Source: Alphaproteobacteria bacterium (GTDB lineage: Bacteria; Pseudomonadota; Alphaproteobacteria; GCA-2746255). Taken from it: a stretch of DNA of 64,000 nucleotides. The notes under the pieces were generated by a model. That model worked only from the letters and a program-made list of their open reading frames with translations, did not search any database and had not been told where the DNA came from. Shown here in pieces: positions 48,815-58,173 of this stretch. Position numbers and translations under genes: made by a program. Location of the stretch: NCBI GenBank assembly GCA_965249135.1, contig OZ252220.1:736001-800000 (forward strand). Reading direction: 5' to 3'. Position 1 is the stretch's first letter, and the number at the start of each line of letters is the position of its first letter.

Positions 48815-50230
48815 TTGGCCCGAAACACGGCCCATTACGTCTGTCAAAACTGTGGCGCCAGCCACCCGAAATGGAGTGGGCGCTGTGACGCCTGCGGCGC
48901 GTGGAATTCGATCCTCGAGGAGGCGCGTTCGCCCACGGTGCCTGGCGGCTTGGGCAAAGGGGGGGCGCGGCGCGGCGCTGCCCGGGTCGACTTCGTCGGC
49001 CTCGAAGGCAGTGAGCCGCCGCTTCCGCGCCTGAAGGCGGGCCTCGATGAATTCGATCGCGTGTCTGGCGGCGGCATGGTGCCGGGGTCCGCCATCCTGG
49101 TCGGCGGCGATCCGGGGATCGGAAAATCCACCCTCCTCCTTCAGGTGGCCGCCGCCGTCGCGAGCCAGGCGCGCGCCGTATACATTTCCGGCGAAGAGGC
49201 GATCGACCAGGTGCGGCTTCGGGCGGAACGGCTGGGCTTGGCCGGCGCCAAGGTCGGCCTGGCGACGGCGACGAACCTTCGCGACATCCTGACCAGTCTC
49301 GACGTGGCCAATGGGCCGAACCTGGTCGTCGTCGATTCGATTCAAACGATGTACGCGGACACCCTCGATTCGGCCCCGGGCACGGTGACCCAGGTGCGCG
49401 CTTGCGCCCAGGAACTCATCCGGCTCGCCAAACGCCGACAGATGACCGTCGTCCTCGTCGGCCACGTCACGAAAGAGGGCATGATCGCCGGCCCCCGCGT
49501 GCTTGAGCACATGGTCGATACCGTCCTTTACTTCGAGGGCGAGCGCGGCCATCAGTTCCGCATCCTGCGTTCCGTGAAGAACCGGTTCGGCCCGACGGAC
49601 GAGATCGGCGTCTTCGAGATGACGGATCGTGGCCTGCTCGAAGTGCCGAACCCTTCCGCGCTGTTCCTTTCCGAACGCCCCGAAGGGGTGAGCGGTGCCG
49701 TCGTCTTCGCCGGCATGGAGGGAACGCGCCCCATGCTGGTCGAGATCCAGGCGCTCGTCGCCCCTTCCTCCTTCGGCACGCCCAGGCGCGCCGTCATCGG
49801 CTGGGACGGGGGACGGCTGGCGATGGTCCTTGCCGTCCTGGAGACGCGCTGCGGGCTCGCGCTCGGTGGACAGGACGTCTATCTGAACGTCGCCGGCGGC
49901 TTGCGCATCACGGAGCCGGCCGCCGACCTTGCCGTGGCGGCGGCCTTGGTGTCTGCCTTTCGGGATGAACCTTTCCCGCAAAGCGCAGTCGTCTTCGGCG
50001 AGATCGGGCTCTCCGGCGAGGTCAGGGCGGTGAGCCAGCGGGACGCCCGCTTGAAGGAAGCAGCGAAGCTCGGCTTCGTTGAAGCCTTCGTGCCGCCGGC
50101 CCGAAAACCGACGAAAGGAACCGGCAAATCGCCGCTTACCCAGAGGGAAATCCGCCACCTGGCCAAGCTTCCGGTGGCCCTTCACCGCAAACGGAGGCAC
50201 CCCGCCAAGCGAGAGAAACTGCATTCGTAA
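48815..50230 (+). CDS. radA: DNA repair protein RadA/Sms
   Basis: C4 Zn finger, GDPGIGKSTLLLQ, KNRFG; TTG start. Confidence 0.97.
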   Translation: MARNTAHYVCQNCGASHPKWSGRCDACGAWNSILEEARSPTVPGGLGKGGARRGAARVDFVGLEGSEPPLPRLKAGLDEFDRVSGGGMVPGSAILVGGDPGIGKSTLLLQVAAAVASQARAVYISGEEAIDQVRLRAERLGLAGAKVGLATATNLRDILTSLDVANGPNLVVVDSIQTMYADTLDSAPGTVTQVRACAQELIRLAKRRQMTVVLVGHVTKEGMIAGPRVLEHMVDTVLYFEGERGHQFRILRSVKNRFGPTDEIGVFEMTDRGLLEVPNPSALFLSERPEGVSGAVVFAGMEGTRPMLVEIQALVAPSSFGTPRRAVIGWDGGRLAMVLAVLETRCGLALGGQDVYLNVAGGLRITEPAADLAVAAALVSAFRDEPFPQSAVVFGEIGLSGEVRAVSQRDARLKEAAKLGFVEAFVPPARKPTKGTGKSPLTQREIRHLAKLPVALHRKRRHPAKREKLHS

Positions 50231-50244
50231 GAAGAGAAAGGACG

Positions 50245-50916
50245 ATGGACGACCTGCCCTTCACAACGATCGATTTTGTCATTCTTGGCACGCTCTTGCT
50301 GTCTGCCCTCTTCGCCTGGGGCCGCGGCCTCGTGCACGAGCTGCTTTCCCTCGTCGCCTGGGTCGGCGCCGCGCTCATTACGATCTACGGGTTCAGCGCA
50401 GCCCGGCCTTTCGCCTACGAGATCCTTGCCATCCCCATCCTGACCGACATCGTGCTCGCCCTCGTGCTTTTCATTGTCTCACTACTTCTTCTCTCGTTCA
50501 TCGCGCGCGCCATTGCGGGACGCGTGAAGGAGAGCAAGCTGAAACCGCTCGACCGTGGGCTCGGCCTCTTCTTCGGTCTGGTGCGGGGCGGCGTCATCGT
50601 TTCGCTGATCTATCTCATGTTCGCCTGGATGGTGCCTTCCGAGGACCATCCCGACTGGTTCGAGCACTCCATGCTTCTACCCTTCGTGGGCCTCGGTGCC
50701 AGCTTCCTTAGCGACTTCGTCCCGGATTCGGAAGAAAAGGAGGGGACGGAGGCGGTGCTGAGGGCAAAAGACCGCGCGCTCGATGCGATCTCGTTGGCGC
50801 CGATTCTCGACATCTTCACGGGCTCGGACCCGAAATCGGCTGATACAGAAGGGAAATCCGGCTATAACAAAAAGGAACGCGGCGCGATGGAACGGCTGAT
50901 CGACAGCCATCAGTAG
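50245..50916 (+). CDS. cvpA: CvpA family membrane protein
   Basis: RGLVHE and LDRGLGLFFGLVRG motifs; upstream of purF. Confidence 0.92.
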   Translation: MDDLPFTTIDFVILGTLLLSALFAWGRGLVHELLSLVAWVGAALITIYGFSAARPFAYEILAIPILTDIVLALVLFIVSLLLLSFIARAIAGRVKESKLKPLDRGLGLFFGLVRGGVIVSLIYLMFAWMVPSEDHPDWFEHSMLLPFVGLGASFLSDFVPDSEEKEGTEAVLRAKDRALDAISLAPILDIFTGSDPKSADTEGKSGYNKKERGAMERLIDSHQ

Positions 50917-50935
50917 TCCCCGGTGGATTGACAAA

Positions 50936-52390
50936 ATGCGTGGGACGAACCCTTTCGAAGACGATCACCTCCACGAAGAGTGCGGGGTCTTTGGCATCTA
51001 CGGCCACGGCGATGCGGCCGCCCATACGGCGCTGGGGCTGCATGCGCTCCAGCATCGTGGCCAGGAAGCGGCCGGAATCGTTAGCTTCGACGGTAAGCAG
51101 TTTCACAATCACCGCGCCCTTGGGCTCGTCAGCGACAATTTCGGAGACAGCAAGGTCATCGACGGCCTCAAGGGCTTCGCCGCGATTGGCCACAACCGCT
51201 ATTCGACGACCGGCGAGACGGTGCTCCGCAACGTCCAGCCGCTGTTTGCCGATTTTGAATCGGGCGGGTTCGCCATCGGCCACAACGGAAACCTGACCAA
51301 TGCGCGCGCGCTGCGCCGTCAACTCGTGCACCGCGGGTGCCTTTTCCAGTCGACGACGGACACGGAAGTCATCGTCCATCTGGTTGCGACTTCTCTCTAT
51401 TCCACCGTCATCGACCGGCTGATCGATGCCCTGAAGCAGGTGGAGGGTGCCTATTCCCTGATCGCGCTTACGAACGAATCCCTGATCGGCGTGCGGGACC
51501 CGCGCGGCGTTCGCCCGCTTGTCATCGGCAAGTTGGACGGCAGCCATATCCTTGCTTCCGAAAGCTGTGCCTTGGATATCATTGGCGCCGAATTCGTCCG
51601 CAACGTGGAAGCCGGAGAAATCGTCGTCATCAACGATTCCGGCCTACACAGCATCCGGCCATTCCTCAAACTGCCGCAACGCTTCTGCATCTTCGAATAC
51701 ATCTACTTTGCCAGGCCCGACAGCGTCGTCGAAGGCACGGACGTTTACGAGACCCGAAAACGCATCGGCGCCGAGCTTGCCCGCGAATGCCCTGTTAATG
51801 CCGACGTCGTCATCCCGGTTCCCGATTCGGGCGTGCCGGCGGCCATCGGGTATGCGGTCGAGGCCGGCCTCCCCTTCGAGTTCGGAATCACCCGAAATCA
51901 CTACGTCGGGCGAACCTTTATCGAGCCGAAGGATCAAATCCGGCACCTTGGCATCAAGCTGAAGCACAACGCGAACGCCCGTTTGATCGACGGCAAGCGC
52001 GTCGTGCTCATCGACGACAGCATCGTGCGCGGCACCACCTCGACGAAGATCGTCGAAATGGTTCGCCAGGCGGGCGCCAGCGAGGTGCATTTGCGAATCG
52101 CCAGCCCGCCGACGGCACATTCCTGTTTCTATGGAGTCGACACGCCGGAGCGCGAAGAACTCCTGGCCGCGCAACACGATCTCAAAGCGATGGCGGCCCT
52201 GATCAAGGTGGACAGCCTTGCCTACATCTCGATCGATGGCCTCTACCGGGCCATGGGTGAGGTGGGCCGGGACATGGAGAAGCCGCAATATTGCGACGCT
52301 TGCTTCACCGGCGATTACCCGATCCGGCTCGCCGATCAGGAGGGCGGAGAATCGACCGCCCAACTTTCGTTGCTTGCCGAACTCGGCTGA
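50936..52390 (+). CDS. purF: Amidophosphoribosyltransferase
   Basis: EECGVFG, LQHRGQE, FEYIYFARPDS, DDSIVRGTT. Confidence 0.98.
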   Translation: MRGTNPFEDDHLHEECGVFGIYGHGDAAAHTALGLHALQHRGQEAAGIVSFDGKQFHNHRALGLVSDNFGDSKVIDGLKGFAAIGHNRYSTTGETVLRNVQPLFADFESGGFAIGHNGNLTNARALRRQLVHRGCLFQSTTDTEVIVHLVATSLYSTVIDRLIDALKQVEGAYSLIALTNESLIGVRDPRGVRPLVIGKLDGSHILASESCALDIIGAEFVRNVEAGEIVVINDSGLHSIRPFLKLPQRFCIFEYIYFARPDSVVEGTDVYETRKRIGAELARECPVNADVVIPVPDSGVPAAIGYAVEAGLPFEFGITRNHYVGRTFIEPKDQIRHLGIKLKHNANARLIDGKRVVLIDDSIVRGTTSTKIVEMVRQAGASEVHLRIASPPTAHSCFYGVDTPEREELLAAQHDLKAMAALIKVDSLAYISIDGLYRAMGEVGRDMEKPQYCDACFTGDYPIRLADQEGGESTAQLSLLAELG

Positions 52391-52394
52391 TTGC

Positions 52395-53111
52395 GTGACT
52401 GCACCCTCCCGACCGCGCCTTGAGGGGCGCATTGCACTGATTACAGGTGCCTCGCGCGGGATCGGGGCAGCCGTCGCCAAGCACTTTGCGCGCGAGGGCG
52501 CCCATGTCATCCTGGTGGCACGCACGACCAGCGACCTTGAAGCGATCGACGATTCCGTTCAGGCGGACGGCGGCACGGCAACGCTCGTGCCCCTTGACCT
52601 CACCGAGTTTGCGGCGATCGACCAGATGGGCGCGGCGATCGCCGAGCGCTTCGGCCGGCTCGACGTTCTGGTTGGAAACGCGGCGATCCTCGGCACCCTT
52701 TCGCCGATCGGGCACACCGATCCGGAAACCTGGGAACGGACCTTCGCCGTCAACGTCACCGCAAATTGGCACCTCATCCGCGCCTTCGACCCAATACTTC
52801 GTGCCTCCGATTCGGGGCGCGCGATCTTCGTGACATCTGGCGTCGGAAGCCGGGCCATCCCCTATTACGGCGCCTACGCGGCCAGCAAGGCGGCCTTGAA
52901 TAGGATGGTTGAGACCTACGCCGCCGAAGTGACGAAGACAAAGCTCAAGGTCAATCTCATCGATCCAGGCGTCGTGCGAACGGCCATGCGGGCCCAGGCC
53001 TTTCCGGGCGAGGACCCGGCCGGCTTGCCACCGCCAGAATCCGTGACGGAGGCGTTTGTCCGGCTGGCCGTAAGCCGCGTGCGTTCCCACGGCAAGATCG
53101 TCCACGCCTAG
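52395..53111 (+). CDS. SDR oxidoreductase (YciK-like)
   Basis: TGASRGIG, YAASK, PG..RTAMRAQAFPGED; GTG start. Confidence 0.9.
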   Translation: MTAPSRPRLEGRIALITGASRGIGAAVAKHFAREGAHVILVARTTSDLEAIDDSVQADGGTATLVPLDLTEFAAIDQMGAAIAERFGRLDVLVGNAAILGTLSPIGHTDPETWERTFAVNVTANWHLIRAFDPILRASDSGRAIFVTSGVGSRAIPYYGAYAASKAALNRMVETYAAEVTKTKLKVNLIDPGVVRTAMRAQAFPGEDPAGLPPPESVTEAFVRLAVSRVRSHGKIVHA

Positions 53112-54445
53112 ACGTAAGGGTTTTCTCCCTTGCGCAAGCGAAAGCGGATCGGCGTTCCCTGAAGCGCGAAGGTTTCCCGGAGACTATTCACAAGATAGCG
53201 AACGTAGCTGTCCGGCAATTTATCGGGCCGCGAGACGAACAAGGCAAAGGTCGGCGGACGCGCCTTGACTTGGGTGAGGTAACGCAGCTTAAGCGGTTTT
53301 CCCCTTACGGCGGGCGGCGGGTGGCGATCGACGACGTCAGCCAGCCACCGGTTCAGCTTGGCCGTCGGCAGGCGCCGGTTCCACGTTTCATAGGCCTCCA
53401 AGACCGCCGGCATGAGGTGTTCGACATTCTCTCCGGTCTTGGCGGAAAGGGGGACGCAGACAAGCCCGCGAACCTGGGGGAGCGAGCGTTCCAGTCGTTC
53501 GTTGAGCCTGGCAAGGGCGGCGTCGGGCGCCTTGACGCGGTCCCATTTATTGGCCGCGATGACCAGCGCGCGGCCTTCCTCGATCGCCTGGTTGGCAATG
53601 GTAAGATCCTGCTTTTCAAGCATCTTTTCGGCATCGAGGACAAGCAGGACGACCTGGGTGCGGCGGATCGCCTTACCTGTCGCCTCGATGGAAAGCTGCT
53701 CGAGCTTCTCCTCGATTCGCGTCCGACGGCGAAAGCCGGCCGTATCGACCAGGAAGAACGTTCTTCCCGCATATTCCCAGCTGACGGCAATCGCATCGCG
53801 CGTAATGCCGGCCTCCGGCCCGGTCAACAAGCGCTCCTCGCCGATCAGGCGATTGGCAAGGGTCGACTTGCCGACGTTTGGGCGCCCGACGATCGCCAGC
53901 GCAAGGCCATCTTGCGGTCCGCCCTCCAAAGCCGGCGTTTCCGCTTCTTCTTGCTCCAGAAAGGGGGCGAGGTGATCGTAAAGTTCAGCCATGCCTTCGT
54001 TGTGTTCGGCGGAAATCGCGACCGGCTCGCCGAAACCGAGCCCGAAGGCGGCGTAGTAGCCTTCTTCACCGGACCCAATTTCGCATTTGTTGGCGACCAG
54101 CAGGACCGGCGTGTTCTGCTTGCGAAGCCACTTTGCGAATTGTTCGTCGAGCGCCGTGATCCCCGCTCGCACGTCCATCAAGAAAAGGGCGATGTCCGCC
54201 TGCGCAAGCACGCGCTCCGTTTGGGCGCGCATCTTCGTTTCCAGCGTTTCGCGCGCCTCTTCCTCGAAGCCCGCCGTATCGATCACGCGAAAGACGAGGC
54301 CGCCGAGCGCTGCCTTGCCCTCGTGCCAGTCGCGCGTAACTCCCGGTGTGTCATGGGTCAGTGCCGCGCGCTCCTGGATCAAGCGGTTGAACAGCGTCGA
54401 TTTGCCGACGTTTGGCCGGCCAACGATGGCGACCGTCTTCATCAT
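53108..54445 (-). CDS. der: Ribosome biogenesis GTPase Der/EngA
   Basis: Two GRPNVGKST GTPase domains, PPTF. Confidence 0.98.
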   Translation of the reverse strand: MMKTVAIVGRPNVGKSTLFNRLIQERAALTHDTPGVTRDWHEGKAALGGLVFRVIDTAGFEEEARETLETKMRAQTERVLAQADIALFLMDVRAGITALDEQFAKWLRKQNTPVLLVANKCEIGSGEEGYYAAFGLGFGEPVAISAEHNEGMAELYDHLAPFLEQEEAETPALEGGPQDGLALAIVGRPNVGKSTLANRLIGEERLLTGPEAGITRDAIAVSWEYAGRTFFLVDTAGFRRRTRIEEKLEQLSIEATGKAIRRTQVVLLVLDAEKMLEKQDLTIANQAIEEGRALVIAANKWDRVKAPDAALARLNERLERSLPQVRGLVCVPLSAKTGENVEHLMPAVLEAYETWNRRLPTAKLNRWLADVVDRHPPPAVRGKPLKLRYLTQVKARPPTFALFVSRPDKLPDSYVRYLVNSLRETFALQGTPIRFRLRKGENPYV

Positions 54446-54461
54446 GGCCTTTTCCAAAAAC

Positions 54462-55766
54462 CTAGCGGAGTGCGACGAGATCGGCGTCGGTCGTCAGAAA
54501 ATAGATCACGCCCTGTGCGACGACCGGCGTAACCGTCATGCCATCGTCAAACGTCATCCGGCCCATGACCTGCCCCTCATACGGGGAGACGGCCAGCACG
54601 ACGCCGTGCGAGCCGGCGATCAGCAGACGGTTGCTCGCCAGCACCGGCCCATTCCAAACGATGGGCTCTTTTTTCTCTTCCGGATCGAGATATTTGGGCA
54701 GCTCCAGAACCCAGATAACCTCCCCCTTCTCCCGGGACAGGCAAACGATTTCGCTGTTCGTCGTCAGGAGGTAGAGGTAGTTCCCGGCAACCCATGGCGT
54801 TTGAATGCCACCGATTTCTTTCTCCCATACACGCGTCCCCGCCTTCATATCCAGCGCGACGATGCGGCCGCTGTGGCTCACGGCGACGACGAGGTCGCGA
54901 TCGATGACGGGGTTTCCACGGATATCCGCGATCGAGGAAATCGTGTCGCTGCGCCGCGGAGACGCAAGCGAATAGGACCACATGATTCGCCCGTTGTTGG
55001 CGAGAATGGCGTAGATCTCTCCGGACGTATAGGGAACGATGACGATGTCGCCATCCACGGCCGGGCTTGCCCCACCGAGGATGCCGGCGCTTTCTTCAAA
55101 GCCTTTGTGGGTCCACAGCGTATCGCCGTTCCGCGCATCAAGGACGAAAAGCTGGTTGTCGATCGTCGTCACAAAAAGCCGTCCATCGCTCACGGTGGGG
55201 GCCGCGCGCATCGGCGAAGGGAGTGCGCGGCGCCAAACCGGCTCTCCGGTCTCCGCGTTCAGCGCGACGACCTGCGCGAAGCCGGTGCTGACGAAAAGAT
55301 GGCCATAGGCATAGGCGACCCCGCCACTGAAGGTGACGTCGTCCTCGTCTTCCGGCGTCAGATCCGTGCGCCACGACCGATCGCCGTTTTCGGTATCGTA
55401 GGCGGAGATTCGCCCATCCACATCTGCGACATACACGCGCGCGCCGACGACGACCGGCTGCGAAATTAGTCGGCTCTTGCTATCCGATCCGCTGCCAATA
55501 TCCGAGGACCAGATTTCTTCTGGCGCCTCGCCGATCACCAAGTGGTGCATGGCGTGATTCGGATAGCCACCCGCTTGCGGCCAGGCGGGGTTCATCTGTG
55601 GCCGCGGCAGCCGAATGACGGTTTCCTCAACATCCGGCTTCAATTTCTGATCAAGCAGCATGATCGGAATGCGTTCGCCGGGAATCTTTACCTCTTCCAC
55701 TTTGAACAGACCTTCGCACCCGGCAAGCCCGATCGCGGCCATCAGGAAAAAAGGGAATTTACGCAT
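54462..55766 (-). CDS. bamB: BamB-like PQQ-repeat beta-propeller lipoprotein
   Basis: Lipobox LAGC, repeated G...W propeller blades; yfgM-bamB-der order. Confidence 0.85.
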   Translation of the reverse strand: MRKFPFFLMAAIGLAGCEGLFKVEEVKIPGERIPIMLLDQKLKPDVEETVIRLPRPQMNPAWPQAGGYPNHAMHHLVIGEAPEEIWSSDIGSGSDSKSRLISQPVVVGARVYVADVDGRISAYDTENGDRSWRTDLTPEDEDDVTFSGGVAYAYGHLFVSTGFAQVVALNAETGEPVWRRALPSPMRAAPTVSDGRLFVTTIDNQLFVLDARNGDTLWTHKGFEESAGILGGASPAVDGDIVIVPYTSGEIYAILANNGRIMWSYSLASPRRSDTISSIADIRGNPVIDRDLVVAVSHSGRIVALDMKAGTRVWEKEIGGIQTPWVAGNYLYLLTTNSEIVCLSREKGEVIWVLELPKYLDPEEKKEPIVWNGPVLASNRLLIAGSHGVVLAVSPYEGQVMGRMTFDDGMTVTPVVAQGVIYFLTTDADLVALR

Positions 55767-55774
55767 GCCCTGCC

Positions 55775-56428
55775 TCACGATTCCTCACCAAGGGCGGTCG
55801 ACATTTCCTCGGCACGTTGCCGCAACATCTCCGGCGCGTCCGGATCCGCTGCGAGTCCTGTATAAATCTCCCGTGCCTTGGCCCGTTCGCCGGATCGAAT
55901 CGCGACCAGGGCGGTGATCTCAAGGGCCGAATGCCGCCAGGGGCTTCCCGCTGCCGTCAATGGCTCGAGCTCGGAAAGCAGCGTGTCCGGATCCTCCCGG
56001 TCGATCCGCCGATACGCGCCCAAAATACGAGCGAGGTTGCGAAGCGTCACCGGCGCGCCGCCGTCCTCTGTAATTTCGCGGTAGATCTGAATGGCGCCCT
56101 CCGTATCGCCCTTCGCAGACACGAGAGCCGCTTCGTGGAAGCGGGCGAGCGAGGCATAGCCCTCGCTCCCTTCCTTCGCGATCATGGCAAACGCTGCCCG
56201 CGCGGTATCCTCGTTTCCCTGCCCTAAAAGTTCGGTCGCGGTGTGGTACTGGACCCCGGTCGCCAGGGTCTGTTGTCGGCTGTATTCCTCCCAGCCCCCC
56301 TTCGCGGCAACGATGATCACCACCGCGAGTGCACCACCAATTGCGAAGCGGCCATACTTCCGCCACAAGGCGAGAAGTCGATCGCGTCGTAACTCCTCGT
56401 CGATTTCTCGGAAAACGTTGTCGTTCAC
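55775..56428 (-). CDS. YfgM-like TPR membrane-anchored protein
   Basis: FREIDEELRRDRL..LW.KYG plus TM helix, GY..LA; upstream of bamB. Confidence 0.88.
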   Translation of the reverse strand: MNDNVFREIDEELRRDRLLALWRKYGRFAIGGALAVVIIVAAKGGWEEYSRQQTLATGVQYHTATELLGQGNEDTARAAFAMIAKEGSEGYASLARFHEAALVSAKGDTEGAIQIYREITEDGGAPVTLRNLARILGAYRRIDREDPDTLLSELEPLTAAGSPWRHSALEITALVAIRSGERAKAREIYTGLAADPDAPEMLRQRAEEMSTALGEES

Positions 56429-56546
56429 GAACTACCTCTGTCCCGCAACCGGCGGGCTAAGATAAACCCCGGCAGGAGCGAAGGCAAACCCATGAAAGGC
56501 GCAGGATTCCGGGCCCATCGGGCTGGATCGGGGGTGCGGCTGGGGC

Positions 56547-57104
56547 TTACGCTTGCCTTCGCCATTTGATCGAACAGCCCATGCTGGCGACCTGCATGGA
56601 AGGCCCCTCCCCGGTCTTGGCGATGGCGATTATCGCTTCGAAGAGCTCGCGTCGCGCCCCTGGCACCTCTTCGCGACCGCCCTCATCGATGCGCCCCCGG
56701 TACTGAAGCTCAAACGCCTGATTGAAGCCAAAGAAGTCCGGCGTGCAGATGGCGTCGTAGGCGCGCGCCGTGGCTTGCGTCTCGTCGATCAGATAAGGAA
56801 AGGGGAAGGCATGGGCCTTCGCGAAAGCCTGCATGTTCTCAAACGAGTCCTCCGGATAGGCGATCGCATCGTTCGGCATGATGGCGACGGAGCCGACCCC
56901 GTGGTTCTCAAGCTCGCGTGCGTCACGAACGATGCGCGATATGGCCGCCTGCACATAGGGGCAGTGGTTGCAGATAAACATCACAAGGGTCGCCTTCGGC
57001 CCACGGATATCCGCCAGGCTGGTGATCGTGCCGTCGAGGTCTGGAAGGCGGAAATCGACCGCCTTCCAACCGAACGCGCAGACAGGAGTGTGCACGAGCG
57101 CCAT
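56547..57104 (-). CDS. Thioredoxin/AhpC-TSA family redoxin
   Basis: FICNHCPY, CTPDFF, YRGRID, SMGCSIKW. Confidence 0.93.
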   Translation of the reverse strand: MALVHTPVCAFGWKAVDFRLPDLDGTITSLADIRGPKATLVMFICNHCPYVQAAISRIVRDARELENHGVGSVAIMPNDAIAYPEDSFENMQAFAKAHAFPFPYLIDETQATARAYDAICTPDFFGFNQAFELQYRGRIDEGGREEVPGARRELFEAIIAIAKTGEGPSMQVASMGCSIKWRRQA

Positions 57105-57145
57105 GCCGGCCGACTCCTAAACGGACCCGATCGAAACGAAGAATA

Positions 57146-57295
57146 TCAGGAAGAACTGCCCTTCGTCGCTTCCGGCCGCTCCGTCGCGGATGGCGCCTCG
57201 CCATCCCGGTCCGGCCCCTGCTTCAGATGCGCGATCACCGCCCGCCGATAGGCAGGATCGTCGATGGCACGTTCGAAGTCGATTTTGTCGTCCAT
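57146..57295 (-). CDS. Hypothetical 49-aa protein, not in ORF track
   Basis: MDDKIDFERAIDDPAYRRAVIAHLKQGPDRDGEAPSATERPEATKGSSS*; protein-like composition, G/C-rich third positions. Confidence 0.65.
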   Translation of the reverse strand: MDDKIDFERAIDDPAYRRAVIAHLKQGPDRDGEAPSATERPEATKGSSS

Positions 57296-57379
57296 TCCAA
57301 GGCTCGCCTTCCGTCTTCGTATTCATTCCATCTTAGTAGTTAGAAATGAAGGCCGTTTTGGGCGGAAGGCGCAATTTCT

Positions 57380-57432
57380 TGGGGAAAAAATTGGGGATAT
57401 CCCGCTTTTTCCTGGGGAAAAGATGGGGATAA
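57380..57432. promoter_or_regulatory. Four phased TGGGGAWAW direct repeats
   Basis: Copies at 57380, 57392, 57413 and 57424 (offsets 12, 21, 11). Confidence 0.6.
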
Positions 57433-57440
57433 CTTGAGAC

Positions 57441-57472
57441 GAAAGGCGGCAGCCGGTTTCCCGGCTGCCGCC
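57441..57472 (-). terminator. Intrinsic terminator of the 77-aa gene
   Basis: Perfect 12-bp stem GGCGGCAGCCGG, GAAA loop on minus strand, short U tail. Confidence 0.8.
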
Positions 57473-57497
57473 AATCGCCGATAAAAAGGCACGAGTC

Positions 57498-57731
57498 CTA
57501 GTCGCGGGACTTGTTATAGAGATAAAGAATGATCCCCAAGGCGATCAATCCAACGAGACCATTATCCCCCAATGCACGGATCAGGGTGATCAGGTTGCCG
57601 ACAATATCGCCGGTAAGGAAGGTCGCATTCTCTCCAAATAGGATCTGAATGACGATCCCAAGAGCGATTAGGCCAAGCCCGACCTCGGTGATCTGGCCGA
57701 CCCATTTTGTCACACTTCGAAGTGCATCCAT
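57498..57731 (-). CDS. 77-aa hypothetical membrane protein with internal GLIALGI repeat
   Basis: GAGGGGG RBS, own terminator, two hydrophobic helices each containing GLIALGI. Confidence 0.85.
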   Translation of the reverse strand: MDALRSVTKWVGQITEVGLGLIALGIVIQILFGENATFLTGDIVGNLITLIRALGDNGLVGLIALGIILYLYNKSRD

Positions 57732-58173
57732 TAGTTATACCCCCTCAACGATGCAACTTAATCCAATGGCTAGATATCCAACGATTGGATCGAAACGTAT
57801 ACAATATCTATACGCTTCAACCCACTAAGCTGCCACATCTTACAAAATAAGAAAATAATCATTACTTGCCGGGGGTATCTGGCCAACTGTTTGAAGAAGC
57901 TTGGAAAATAGAGATAGTTGCGGCCGCCTTCCCCGCTTGGCCCCGCCGGAACGACTCCTTCGCCGGCTCTCCGGATGGGGTCGACCCCACCCCCCTCGGC
58001 CGTGCGCGGGAAGGATCTTCGGAGAGAATTCAATCCTTTGTTAACGGTGATCTGAAACCATGTGAAAGCCGAGGCGCTCTGAGGGGTAGGGGTTTGCAAC
58101 CGAGCGAGGGCTTCGTGCTAGAATAGTTAACCAAATGCGCCGAAAGAGCGCGTGAATCCGGGAAAAATGTCCT

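Noticed and set aside
57117-57326. 69-aa track ORF; also 57770-58099 and 57866-58126
   Set aside because: Not protein-like; the 49-aa alternative frame explains the first, and the others span the regulatory region
57330-58170. Replication origin near hemA
   Set aside because: No consensus DnaA box cluster; alphaproteobacterial oriC is typically next to hemE, not hemA
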